Notes under the pieces: model-generated
Database searches by the model: none
What the model saw: only the letters and a program-made list of their open reading frames with translations
What the model was told of the DNA's origin: nothing
Program-made: the position numbers and the translations under genes
From: Hypanus sabinus
Taxonomy: Eukaryota
Assembly: GCF_030144855.1 (NCBI RefSeq)
Contig: NC_082713.1
Location: forward strand, 149,172,001-149,236,000
Reading direction: 5' to 3'
DNA length: 64,000 bases
In this document: in pieces, positions 12,838-24,699 of the stretch
Position numbering within the stretch: position 1 is the first letter of the stretch
Layout of the letters: each line of letters opens with the position of its first letter

Positions 12838-13538
12838 CTATTTAAATAACCTGTTTCTAATTTCAATTTTATTTTTACCAGCACCACTGGGCTGGGGAGG
12901 TCTATAGCATCCTCGCTTTTTCTTGCACCTTGTTGCTACCCCCACAATAGCGCACCCAAAGATCAACGCGATTAAAGATAACAATAATGGAGTCAGTAAA
13001 ACTTCGAGATCCACTTGCCAAGGTGTCATGGTAGTCGTGACATCAATCGTCTGGTTCTTGCCATTGCTTCCTATAGTACTACTTGCCTTTCCTAATGAGT
13101 GGGTGTTAGGAGTCGATTTTAAATAACTTGATTCTTCATGGGTTGCGCTGTTTGGGAAACGAGAGGGCTGGGAAGTGTTTTCCGATGCAGTATTAGGGAG
13201 CAGCTCATCTTTGATTAAGACTAGCGCTTCTGGTAGCTCAGACGATTCGATTCGGCTATTGTTTGTTCCTCTCCCAGTGTCCAGTGAATCAGTGACTGAC
13301 GCCGGGTTCGATGCCGAAAGAAATGGAGTCCGTGATGGGAGTGACCCATTTGGGTACCAGTTGTAAGTGGAAAGAGTTGCTTGTGACGAAAGCGAAGCAT
13401 ACCTGTTGAAAGAACGTTGTTTATCCAGTCCAAGATATCCAGAATTATTCAATCTTGACATGTTGGCAGAGAATCGGAAACCTGGGTCCCTGGTTTTATT
13501 TCGACGGTCTCCAAAAACAAGCAAATCTGGATCTTCTC
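12838..13538 (-). CDS. MANSC4: MANSC domain-containing protein 4, last coding exon (S/T-rich stalk, TM helix, basic cytoplasmic tail)
   Basis: Acceptor ttgcttcacAG, phase 1. Reads (G)EDPDLLVFGD..., then a Ser/Thr-rich stalk, TM LLTPLLLSLIALIFGCAIVGVA and tail TRCKKKRGCYRP. Recalled human MANSC4 has GIDPDLLVFE...CCGKQQGQYKP. Confidence 0.92.
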
Positions 13539-13894
13539 CTGTGAAGCAATTGCAGAAGAAAAAGATGAGGCGTAGAAATTAAGTTAACATGTCATCAGCG
13601 ATCTCTGATATAAGTGAAAGATTAAATTAAGGTCATAACCTCATTGATAGGACCTCTGTTCATAATGAAACATTGATTCTGGGTAGAGATTCACAGTTTT
13701 AACGAAGGGCCGCAAATTCGAAACGTTGATCGTTTTTTTTCCACGAATGCTGCCTGTTAAGTGTTTTCCTTTTATTTTGCTTAAGGTTTCCGGCATCTGC
13801 AGTTCCTGTGGGTTCCATTTACTCGGATATTGCCGACGTACTCGACCGGATCGTCACTCAAGCCTCAACGGAAGATGCTGTGCTTGCAAATGTG

Positions 13895-14743
13895 ATGGCA
13901 AATCTGTCTACGTGGCGTACAGGAGCGAGATACATCAGCTGGTTAAGTGGTGTCGCTGCAACAACTTTGCACTCAACATCAGTGAAACCAAAGAACTAAT
14001 TGTGGACATCAGAAGGGCTAAGACGAGGGTACAGTACACCAGTCCTCGCAGAGGAAACAGAAGTGGTAAGGGTGAGCAACTTCAAGTTCTCGGGTGTTAT
14101 TTTTTCTGAGTATCTAACTTGGACCCAACATATAGATGCCCCGACAAAGACGGCATGACAGCGGTTATATTTTATTAGGAGTTTGACGAGATTTAGTACG
14201 GCACCTAAAACACTTGCAAATTTCTACCGATGTACCAAGGAGAGCATTCTAACTGGCTGCAACAGCGCCTGGTATGGAGGCGAGGGGGTGGTTACTGCAC
14301 AGGATCGAAGTAAGCTGCAGAGAGTCGTAGCTTTGCTTCATCATGGGCACTAGCCTCCGTAGTATCCAGGCCATCTTTAAGGAAGTGATGCTTCAAAAAG
14401 GCGGCATCTATCATTAAGGGCCACCATCAGCCTGGTCATACCTCGTTCTCATTGCTACCATCAGGAAGGAGGTACAGACGCGTGAAGGTAAACACTCAAC
14501 GATTCAGGAACAGCTTCTTCCCCTCTGCCGTCGGATTTCTGAATGGACATTGAACCCATGAACACTACCTCACTACTTTATTTCCATTTTTGCAGTAGTT
14601 ATTTATTTTAACCATTTTATGTTATATATATATTATACAGTACGCATACACTTACCGTAATTCACGTTATCCCCCGTTATTACTGCCGCAAAGTCAACAA
14701 ATGCCACGATATATGCCGGTGATACTAAACCTGACTCAGATTC
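13895..14743 (+). mobile_element. Rex1/Babar-like LINE RT 3' fragment in MANSC4 intron 2
   Basis: AYRSEIHQLVKWCRCNNFALNISETKELIVDIRR...FKFSG; later TTCAGGAACAGCTTCTTCCCCTCTGCC and a tail GATACTAAACCTGACTCAGATTCTG. Confidence 0.8.
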
Positions 14744-15050
14744 TGTGTATTAAATACTTACTGGGGTTTCAGCTCTCTGGGCGTTCCCAAAGGTAGTGAA
14801 TAGCTCTCATTGTCGCTTTATTGGCATGCATTGGAACGGAATTTACAGAACTAACTATGTGCTTAAAATTGCATTGGAGATAATCAAATGCTTAATCTAT
14901 CTATGGATGAATTGTTGAGAATATTAGGCAGATGCAGCCAACCCACGTAAAATAAGTAAGAAAAGATCTGCAGATGCTGGAAATCCACGCAACACACACA
15001 AAATGCTGGAGGAGCTCAGCGGGTCAGGCAGCATCTATGGGAAAGAGTAC

Positions 15051-15086
15051 AGTCGACGTTTCGGACCGAGACTTTTCATCAGGACT
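15051..15086 (-). ncRNA. Minimal type I hammerhead ribozyme motif (sense in MANSC4 pre-mRNA; stem II weakened)
   Basis: Minus strand: AGTC-CTGATGA-AAAGTCTCGGTCC-GAAAC-GTC-GACT. Stem I AGTC/GACT, intact CUGAUGA and GAAA cores, GUC cleavage triplet. Stem II is mismatched. Confidence 0.6.
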
Positions 15087-15257
15087 GGAGAAAAAAACAT
15101 GAGGATTCAGAGTGAGAAGATGGGGTTTCACCAATCAACTCCCCAGCTCTTTACTTCACTCCTCCCCCCTCCCCCCAGTGTTTCATCTATCGCCTTGAGT
15201 TTCTTCTCTCCCCACTCAACCCCACCTTCTTTCTCTGGCTCTTCATCTTTTTTTCTT

Positions 15258-15295
15258 CAGTCCTGATGAAGGGTCTCGGCCCGAAATGTCGACTG
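15258..15295 (+). ncRNA. Minimal type I hammerhead ribozyme motif
   Basis: CAGTC-CTGATGA-A-GGGT-CTCG-GCCC-GAAA-T-GTC-GACTG. 5-bp stem I, CUGAUGA core, 4-bp stem II, GAAA, GUC triplet. One C>T change in the ACGT palindrome of stem/loop III. Confidence 0.7.
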
Positions 15296-15483
15296 TACTC
15301 CTTTCCATACATTCTGCCTGGCCTGCTGCGTTCCTCCAGCATTCTGTGTGTGTCACGTAAAATAATTGTTTTTTTAACAATTGATTTTCAAATTGCATTG
15401 AATAAAAATATTGTTTTTTTTCTATTCATTCACGTTAAAATGAAAAACTAGCAGCTTAAAATAGAAAATAGTGGTGGGTTTAC

Positions 15484-15618
15484 CTCTTGTTATGTTAAAT
15501 AGTGTAAAATCAATCCTTCTTCTCATTATACAACTTTCCTGACTTGGGCAGTTAAGGTGAAAACAGTTGGAACCGCCTTGATGTTGGGCAAAACTGAAGA
15601 CGGCTATGTTACACGTGT
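15484..15618 (-). CDS. MANSC4: MANSC4 coding exon 2 (second half of MANSC domain), 135 bp
   Basis: AG acceptor at 15620-19, donor GTAAAC at 15483. Phase 1-1. Reads (D)TCNIAVFSFAQHQGGSNCFHLNCPSQESCIMRRRIDFTLFNITR(G), with conserved MANSC cysteines. Confidence 0.93.
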
Positions 15619-15688
15619 CTGTAATAAATGGAAAAACAGGACCAAAATTATTTGAATATTTATCCAATGAATAGAAATAGATTACCGA

Positions 15689-15708
15689 GGGGGGGGGGGG
15701 GGGGGGGG
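15689..15708 (+). repeat. G20 homopolymer in MANSC4 intron 1
   Basis: 20 consecutive G. Confidence 0.95.
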
Positions 15709-16614
15709 CGGAGGTTGGTGAGATGTGCAAGCGCCTCTGAGACGTTTCCCGACAACTGATTGCGTAAGGGCGAGCACGCCAGCATTCAATTATCGAGCAG
15801 CAGATAAGATTTAAAGAGGTTGAGTTAAATTGGAGAGTGTGAATGAATGGAGCACTGTACATGTAGAAGAGCTGGAAGTACATTCGAGCTTAAGGACCCT
15901 GTTGAATGGAAGAAAGAAGTAGTACAGTAATTGTTACCAGTTGAATGAGAACACGCAGAGTGGTATCCAAAGTACAGGGGAAAGGTCGTTCGACACACGG
16001 GCTGGGCTGAGATTGCTGGAACACAACGATCATTGTACTGAACGAGAACTGGATTCAGTTTCATGAAATTTAATCCTCAGCCAGAACGTCACCTTTATCG
16101 ATCAGCAATCTTCCTTATTTTTTTTTTTGGCCAAATCTGCTCCTTAAATGTATTGCTCGGCCCCGCTTATACTTTTTTTTTAATTTGACGGTCAAGATTT
16201 AAGATTGTTTAATGTAATTTCCTGTACACAAGTGTAAAGCAGAACGAAGTAATTGTTAGTCCTTAAACTTTGAATCAAAACTTCTATTGTTTGAAACATT
16301 ATTTCTCTTGGATAGCTGAATTTTTGGCACAATTAAAATTGTTACGGTTTCACTAATCAAAACTTGATTTTCCCAGTGAACAACCGTGAATCAGATTAAC
16401 TTACGTCGTTATATTTTGTAACTCTCATCTTGAGGACCACCCCTTAATGTTTCTACTTCTCGGCTTCAGCTGCAGACGTCGAGTAACCACGCGAATGAAT
16501 AGTAACGCTCATCTAATCGGATTTGGGAGATCAACTAAACACGAGGCATATCATCATATGAAAATCCCGGCGAGCAGAGTGTAAACTCTTCCTCCAGTAG
16601 CCTGTCACACTCAC

Positions 16615-16834
16615 CGTTCCGGAGGAGGCAACAGGACCTGCTGCACTGTTGAGCAGTCTTCGCGTGGTAGTAATTAACCAAGCGGGCGCCCCTTCTTCTG
16701 GAAAGTGGCAGATCTATAAGTAACCCAGGAAAATGGCGCAACCAGCAGTTTCTATAAAACACTGTTGGCGAACATCGAGGAGTGGATCTGTGTAGGACAG
16801 GGAAGAACATCAGCAGAATCAACGTGAGAATCAT
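16615..16834 (-). CDS. MANSC4: MANSC4 coding exon 1 (signal peptide and N-half of MANSC domain)
   Basis: ATG in GTAGCCATG context at 16834. Reads MILTLILLMFFPVLHRSTPRCSPTVFYRNCWLRHFPGLLIDL...AQQCSRSCCLLRN. Donor GTGAGT at 16614. Joined CDS is 220+135+701=1056 nt (351 aa). A likely acceptor tttcccAG at 16860-59 implies an upstream non-coding exon. Confidence 0.93.
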
Positions 16835-18271
16835 GGCTACTGACTGCTCAGATCTGAACTGGGAAACAGTGTCGGCGCTCTTACACAAGGACTTTCTTAA
16901 GGTGAGGTGCTACTTCTGCGTCAGAAATGAACATGTTCACCATGGCACTGCTTCAAGATTTTAATTATACAGAAAATGAGTGGGTGCAGTTGTTAATATT
17001 TTTCGAAGAAAATTAATTCATTTTCAGCATTATGACAGATAATTCTCCGGTCTGTCAAATGAATCTATTCTCTGCATCCCCCCTTTTATCCGAACAAACT
17101 TGAGATGAAATCTAAAAGTCAAAAGGAGAACACCTCGAGTATAAATCTAATGGAGCTTAGGCGTACTGACAAACATAATTAGGGTATTAATAAAGCTAAT
17201 TATCGATCTTTTTCTTTGTGCGAATCTTTACAAAAATTAGAATAAAAATCGAAGAGAATGTTTGAATTAATCGATTTCGAAGAATTACTCCACAGCATCA
17301 GGATTTGTTAATCCCTGTAGTACCCTCCGTATCCTTAATAAAAGGTGGACTTCGGTGATATTCTTACAAAGATACTCCTACATATTAAAATGTTTTCTTT
17401 ACTAATACGGAGTTGGGCTGCATTTTGTGCGTTTTGCAGTGAATATTGGTGTTTGCCTGCATGAGTTAATCAAATATCATGTGGAACATACAAGGCATGA
17501 TCTAAACAGGCAGTTAAACAAAAATTGGCGATCCGTTGGCGATTTTTCTTAGAATTTTTCTTAAGTCCTATGCATATGACTTTCAATAACCCGACGAAAC
17601 ATGCTGATTAACCTAGAATCACAAAAGGACACGCACGTCCCCAAGCCCACAGTCACAGTATTGATTATCTCAATAGAAAACATGTCGAGCGAGGTTTACA
17701 TAACACCTTTTAATAAGGGCAAACAATTCGTCAACACTTGGCAAAGCTGAATGAAAGCATTGTGTAAACGGGAATCATACGTTACAAAAGGTATAACAAA
17801 AAGAACCAGGACCTTAACATAAATACACAATTTTTTTATAATTACAAGATTCTTTTGCTAAGGACAGTTTCATAGTACCATGGATCACAGTGAATTTTCC
17901 TTGTAAAATTGATTATGAAGACATCGATGTAACACAAACATGTTTCGTAATTGCTTTAAATAGTTTGTGATCTTCGGCATCTTCACAGAGAACAGCGTAT
18001 ACCTTACGCACAGTTCAGTAAATTATATATCGAAAAGCGTATTTATATCAAGCCAATATGTAACTGAACGTGAATGAAACGTCCTTGGATGCAAATCTAG
18101 TTTCCATTCTAATTCAAGTGTAGCAAAGAAATGATTGATGTACTAGAATTGTGTTTGTCTGGCGTTGTGTTTTAGCAGATACAAGATATGCTAGAGTATT
18201 GATCGCTTTCCAAAATTCACCCGGAGTCAATAATAAAGATTACTCTGTATGAAAAGTGCTCTATAAACAAA

Positions 18272-18274
<3 letters not shown>

Positions 18275-18303
<29 letters not shown>
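18275..18303 (+). repeat. (TTA)n microsatellite
   Basis: About 9-10 TTA units. Confidence 0.9.
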
Positions 18304-18305
<2 letters not shown>

Positions 18306-18844
18306 TACCAAAGTAAAACACAGGCAAGTATAAATTAAAAGCCACTTAAACCTAAACTGGAACGCCAAATGCACAAAAATGATCTTGTAGGGGTACGAGG
18401 CCAGCCATCATTGTTAATTTTTTCAGTACAATTGATATGTTGTGCAAATTGGGAACTTTTTATGAAATCCCATGTATTGACATCGGATTGTAGAAGTTTA
18501 TTTCATGTCAAATATTATTATCCAGCAGAGACAATAAAGGTTTATTTTGTTTCTTCCCATATGTCCCATCAGATAGTTGCAATGATTCACGATTCCAATG
18601 ATGCAGTCTATTTGTGCCGTCAACTTAGTTCTCAAGAAACTAATTCTCCAATGTGTTAAAATGGAGGAAAATCATGTTACTTATTTAAGAAATATTTAAA
18701 AATATCCCTCTGACATCCAGCCCTCAAAAAAGGTTAATCAGCAAATTCAAGAAGATCAGAATAAACAGTAAATCCTTGTGATTTCACATCCAGGTTCATC
18801 CTGTTAGGAATTTTGAATTTCTGTTGTTTATAATTTAAGATTTG

Positions 18845-20220
18845 TTAGAGTCACAGAGTCATAGAAAAGTACAGCACAGAAACAAGCCCTTCAGCCCATC
18901 TAGTCTGCGCTGAGCCATTTAAACTGCCTACTCCCATTGATCTGCACCAGGACCATAGCCCTCCATATCCCTTCTATCCATGCACCTATCCAAACTTCTC
19001 TCAAATATTGAAATTGAGCTTGCCTCCAGTCCTGGCAAAATCCTATAAATTTTCTCTGTACTTTTTCAACCTTATTTACACCATTTTTTTAGGTAGATGA
19101 CCAAAGCTGCAGACAATACTCCAATTAGGCCTCACCAGTATCTCATACAACTTCAACATAACATCTCAACTCTTGTACTCAATACTCTGATTTTTAAAGG
19201 CCAATGCGCCAAAAGTTTTCTTTATGACCCTATGTACCTATGCCACCACTTTCAATAAATTATGGACCTGTACTACCTTTGTTCTACTACATTCCTCAGT
19301 GCCCTAATGTTCACTGTGTAAGATCTACCCTGGTCGGTCCTACCGAAGGGCAACTTCTTGCACTTTTCTGCATTAAATTCCATCTGCCATTCTTCAGCTC
19401 ATATTTCCAGCTGGCCTACATCCCACTACAAACTCTGATAGTCTACCTCGCTGTCCTCTACACCCCTAATCTAAGTGTCATCCACACATCTGCTGATCCA
19501 GTTAAACACATTATTATCAAGATTATTGATATAGACAGCAAACAACAACAGGTCCAGCACAGATCCTGTGGTATTCCACTAGTCATGGGTCTCTAGTTAG
19601 AGAGGCAACCATCTACTACCACTCTCTGAACTCTCCCACAGAGCCAATATTCAATCCAATTTACTACCTCTTTCTGAATGCTGAGCAACTGAACCTTCTT
19701 GACCAACCTCCCATGTGGGACCTTGTCAAAAGTCTTTCTACAATTCATGTGGACAACATCCACTACCTTGCCTTCATCTATCCTCCAATCCTCTGGTATC
19801 TCACCTGTTGCTAGTGATGATTTAAATATCTCTGCTCGGGCCCCTGCAGTTTTAGCACTTGCTTCCCACAGGGTATGAGGGAACACTTCCCCAGGCCGAG
19901 TAGATTTATCCACCCTAATTTGCCTCAAGATAGTAAACACCTCCTCCTCTTATAGGGTTCATGACTTTACTGCTGCTTTGCCTTACTTCGATAGACTCTG
20001 TGTCTGTCTCCTGAATAAATACAGATGCAAACAAACCATTTTAAAAGATCTCTTTTGGCTTCCTGCATAGATTACCATTCTTATTTTTCAAAGGATCAAT
20101 TTTGTCCCTTGCAATCCTTTTGCTTTTAACATATCTGTAGAATCTCTTAGGATTCTTCTTCACCTCGTCTGCTAAGGCAACATCATGCCTTCTTTTAGCC
20201 CTTCAGATTTCTTTCTTTAT
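18845..20220 (-). mobile_element. CR1 LINE fragment, internally deleted and degraded
   Basis: ORF 19593..19940: QIRVDKSTRPG...LATGEIPEDWRI/DEGKVVDVVHMNCRKTFDKVPHGRLVKK...WLCGRVQRVVVDG. A CR1 3' UTR lies toward 18845. Confidence 0.85.
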
Positions 20221-22194
20221 TTTTCATTTAAATTTACCCAACTCCTTTCTGAAGACAGGTAAATAATCCACATTCAGTTTTTCTTTGTTCTGGCAATCTA
20301 TTCCATAGGTCATCAACTCTGCAAAAAAGAAATAGTTTTTGGAGTCTATGCCTATTCTGCCTTAGGATCCCTTGTTTTAATTTCTTTGAGATTAAATTCT
20401 GCTGAATCTTGCTATGATTCTATTCTTTAATGGTCTTGACTTGTATTATTTTCAGAACATTGATATCAATAACTTAAAATTCAACATGCGCCCTGCTGAA
20501 TTAACAGGGCTGTTTTTTATAGTTTGCAGCTGTAAACTAACTGAGGGAGAATGGAGACAAATATGACCATAGCTGCTGGAATATGGAGCAGCAAACAATC
20601 TGCAGAACAATCTCTTGATTCAGGGTTTCAACCTGGAGCACTAACAATACCCCCACCACCACCATCACCCACAGTTCCTGACTGACCTGCTGAGTTCCTC
20701 CAACAGATTGCTCTTGCTTACTGGAAGAGAAACTAGATAATTCCTAAAAATGCATTTTGTGATCACAAAGTGCAATTAACCGTTGCCATTTTTAGTTGGT
20801 GATGAATGAACAAATTCCATTATGGTGCTTTTAAGATCCAGTCAGCATTAATCACCTGTTAACTGCCTTAGTGTTTGACAACAGGATTTAATTTCATGGC
20901 TGCACTGATTGAAGCTAGCTAATGCTGGAGTAAAACAGGTTTCTATTTCTTAACTCGTGTAATCATTAGTGGAAGACACCCCACATATTTGGAAAACTTG
21001 TTGAAAGGTCCTGGTGTCTTAGTGGATAAAATGACTGAATCTGTTCTCAGGTGCTCAGGAACATCTAGAGTTAGACCTGGAACTCAACACCTTCCTTTGC
21101 AAATAAATCCTTGAATTCATGACTAATAGTTCACAATCAGTAAGGATAGGCAGAATCAACTCCACCATGATTATCCTCAGCACAAGGCTGCATCCTCAGC
21201 TCCCTACTAGTTTATTCCATATATACTCATCTCTACCTGGCCAGATTCTACTCAAACTCCGTCTATGTTTGCAGATGATATTACCATAATGGGTTGAATC
21301 TATAATAATAATGAAGGCTCATGGCATGGTGTCATGATACCAATCTTTCTTTCAATGTCAGCAAAGAGACAATCATTGATTTCAGAAGGGGAGAGGGGGT
21401 GTGTACATATTTAAATCAATGGTGCTGAGGAAGAGATAATCAAGAGCTTTTGGACCCAAGTTGCAAATATCACCTATAATCTGCTACATCATCTCAGTGA
21501 GAAAGAGTAGCCTAGGTGTTTAGTTCCTGGACAGCAAGGTTCAGTGTTGAATTCTGTGCCAAAGTACTTACAGGGTAGTCAAAAAGAGAGGTCTATTCAA
21601 CATTCTCATTAAGATGATAATGACATTGCCATCCCTGTGTGAAATGTCAAGGAGAATATCCTGTTTCAGCCTTCATATTGCTTTACATACAACCAGAAGC
21701 TCAGTCTGTCCAGGATTAAGATAGAGGGCAGCTTTATTTTAACAGTTGCAGACTCACACCTCTTACTGTATCTGACAGTCTCATTTGTTATCTCAAATTC
21801 TAGTGGAAGACAAGCAGAAATGCTGCAAAAGAAACTGACTTCAGATATGCAAGCTGTAACTTCTGCTATCAAGGCCCTGGAAGATATTGTTCAAACTGTC
21901 GTACCCTGGCGATCTGTCGTTCAGCACATCACTAGGATTACTGAGCCAGGTACCACTCCAAGGAATGAATGTGGCTTCTCACCGAATGCTTGGTTTGGAA
22001 TAAATTATTGCCTATTACTGCAACATATCCGCACCATTGTTATTGCTTGTCCTTTAGCTTTAATAAACTACTGCTACACATAGCAAGGCAATGAAGTCCA
22101 AATCTGGGCGATTATCTCCAGGGGAAGGTCAACCTTTGAGTTCAGTCACTGCCCCTGCAAAGGAGAAGCAGGCTTACCGTAACCATTATGCCAG

Positions 22195-23790
22195 AAATTT
22201 GGAAATGTCAGATGACAGAAGTGAGTGCACAATAACTGCCATAGCTAAAGAGAATGTACTTGAGCACCTGAAAGGTCTGAAGGTAGATACATCACCTAGA
22301 CCAGATGGACTACAGCTCAAGGTTCTGAAAGACATAGCTGAAGAGATTATGGAGATATTGTTAATGATCTTTCAAGAATCACTAGATTCTGGAATGGTTC
22401 CAGAGGCCTGGAAAATCATAAATTTCACTCCTCTCTAAGGCCAGTTACCTAACTTTAGCAGTTGGGAAGATGTTGGAATCCATTACTGAGGATGAGGTTT
22501 CTGGTTATTTGGAGGCACATGATAAAATAAACCAAAGTCAGTATGGTTTCATTAAGGGGAAACCTTGCCTGACAAATCTGTTGGAATTCTTTGAGGAAAC
22601 AACAGGGAGGATAGACAAAGCAGAGTCATAGATGTTGGTTATTTTGATTTTCAGGGGGCTGTGATAAGGTGCTGCAAATGAGGCTGCTTAACCAGAACCC
22701 GTGGTATTACAAGAAAGATACTAGCATGAATAGAAGCTTGGCTGATGGCAGGAGGCAAAGAATGGGAACGGAGGGGGCCTTTTATGGTTGGCAGGGCTCA
22801 GTATCGGGATTGCTTCTTTTCATGTTATATACCAATGATTTGGATGACAGATTTGATGGTTTTGTGACCAGGTTTGCAGATGATACAAAGGTAGAGGGGC
22901 AAGTAGTGTTGAGGAAGCGGGGAGTCTGTGGAAGGACTTAGACAGATTGGGAGAATGGGCAAAGAAGTGGAAGATGGAATATGGTGTAGCGAAGTGTATG
23001 GTCATGCATTTTTTGTAGAAGCAATAAAGGATTAGACTATTTTCTAAACAGGGAGCAATTTCAGAAATCAGAGGTGCCAAGGAACTTGGGCATCTTAGTG
23101 TAGAATTCTCTAAAGGTTAACTTGCAGGCTGAATTGGTAGCAAGGAAGGCAAATGCATTGTTAACATTAATTTCAAGAAGATTAGAATACAAAAGCAAGG
23201 ATGTGATACTGAGGTTTTATAAGGCATTAGTCAGACTGCACTTGGTGTATTGAGGGCAGTTTTCAGCCCTTTACCTAAGAGAGGACATCCTGGTATTGGA
23301 GAGGTTCCAGAGGAGGTTCAGGAGAATGATTCTGGGAATGAAAGGGTTAATATATGTTGATGGTTTGATGGGTCTGTGCCTGTACTTTTGGCAGTGTAGA
23401 AGAATAATGGGAGGGGGTGGGGGATCTCTGAAATCTACCGAACATTGAAAGGTCTGGATAGAGTAGATGTGGAGAAGATATTTCCTATAGTTGGTGAGTC
23501 TAGGATCAGAGAGCACAAACTCAGAATAGAGGGGTGTCCATTTAGAACAGAGATGAGGAGTAATTTATTCAGCCAGAGGGTAGTTGTATTCATTGCCACA
23601 GTTGGCTGTGGAGGCCAAGTCACTGAGTATATTTAAAGTGGAGGTTCATAGGCTCTTGAACAGTCAGGGCATCGAACATTATGGAGAGTAGGTTGGAAAA
23701 TTAGGTTGGAAGGAATAATAAGTCAGCCATGATAGAATGGTGGAACAGACTCAATGCACTGAATGGCCTGATTCTTCTCCTATGTCTTCT
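22195..23790 (+). mobile_element. CR1 LINE 3' half, frameshifted
   Basis: LKGLKVDTSPRPDGL...IFQESLDSGMVPEAWK; FVTRFADDTK; KGLDRVDVEKIFPIVGESR. The CR1 3' UTR ends near 23790. Confidence 0.88.
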
Positions 23791-24109
23791 CGTCATATAC
23801 TCTTATTATGAGAAGTTGACATTACATGGACTGCATAATTCCTTAGGTTTTCTGATCCAAATTGGCCTTGAAGTTGGAAGAATACGAAAATGAGAGGCAC
23901 CCATAATGCAGACAAAAGGTGCTATTCTCAGCACCTGCTCCCTCCTTTCTCCTTCGTTTCCTCCTCTGCTTCTTCCTAATTCTGCTTCATTACTGTAACG
24001 AAGGGGCTTTTCCTGCATGGTGGTATGGGTGTGGTGAGAGCAACAAGCAGAGAAATGTTGATTAGCCATTTCCCTCCACGGATGCTGCCAGTTTTGTCTC
24101 CATTGTCTA

Positions 24110-24600
24110 CAAGTACTCGATAATATCCCTTATGGTAAGCTCATCCAGAAAATTGAGGCACATGCAATCCACATAGACTAGGTAGATTACATTCCAAATT
24201 GTCTTAGCCGTAGATGGCAGAGGATAGTGGTGGAAGGGTCCTATTCTGACTGGTACTCTGACACTGGTGTTCCACAAAGACCAGTGCTGGGATCTCTGTT
24301 GCTTGAGACATATACAAATGTTTTGGATGAGAATGTAGGTGGACTGATCAGTTAAGTTTGCACAACACAAAAATTGACAGAGTTGTGGATGGTGTGGAAG
24401 GTTGTGAAAGAAAACAAGTGTGTAGATCAGTCAGAAATATGAGCAGAGAAATGACAAGTGGACTTTAAGTCCAGACAAATGTGAGGTGTTGCACTTTGTG
24501 AGGTTAAATTTAAGAGGAATATATATACTGTAAATGGCATGTTTCTTGGGAGCATCAATGAACAGAGGTATCATGGAGTGCACTTCCATAGCTCCCTGTT
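24110..24600 (+). mobile_element. CR1 LINE internal fragment
   Basis: Degenerate KLIQKIEAHAI...GVPQ... and DKCEVLHF-like segments. Confidence 0.6.
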
Positions 24601-24699
24601 CTAATTACTATATACATATGATTGAACTCCAATGCCATATTTAAGTTTGCTGAGGGCACACCACCATTGTTGCTGAATCAAAGGTGGTAATGAATTGGG

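Larger units (their letters stand above)
14956..15353. mobile_element. 398-bp fold-back PLE-derived element with inverted arms, each containing a hammerhead motif
   Basis: Arms 14992-15097 and about 15247-15353 are reverse complements. The unit is flanked by a perfect 12-bp TSD CACGTAAAATAA (14944-55 and 15354-65). Confidence 0.88.

Noticed and set aside
16835-16888. N-terminal extension MCKSADTVSQFRSEQSVA of the MANSC4 ORF
   Set aside because: Starts at a GTG and spans a likely splice acceptor. The ATG at 16834 has a good Kozak context and directly begins a signal peptide.
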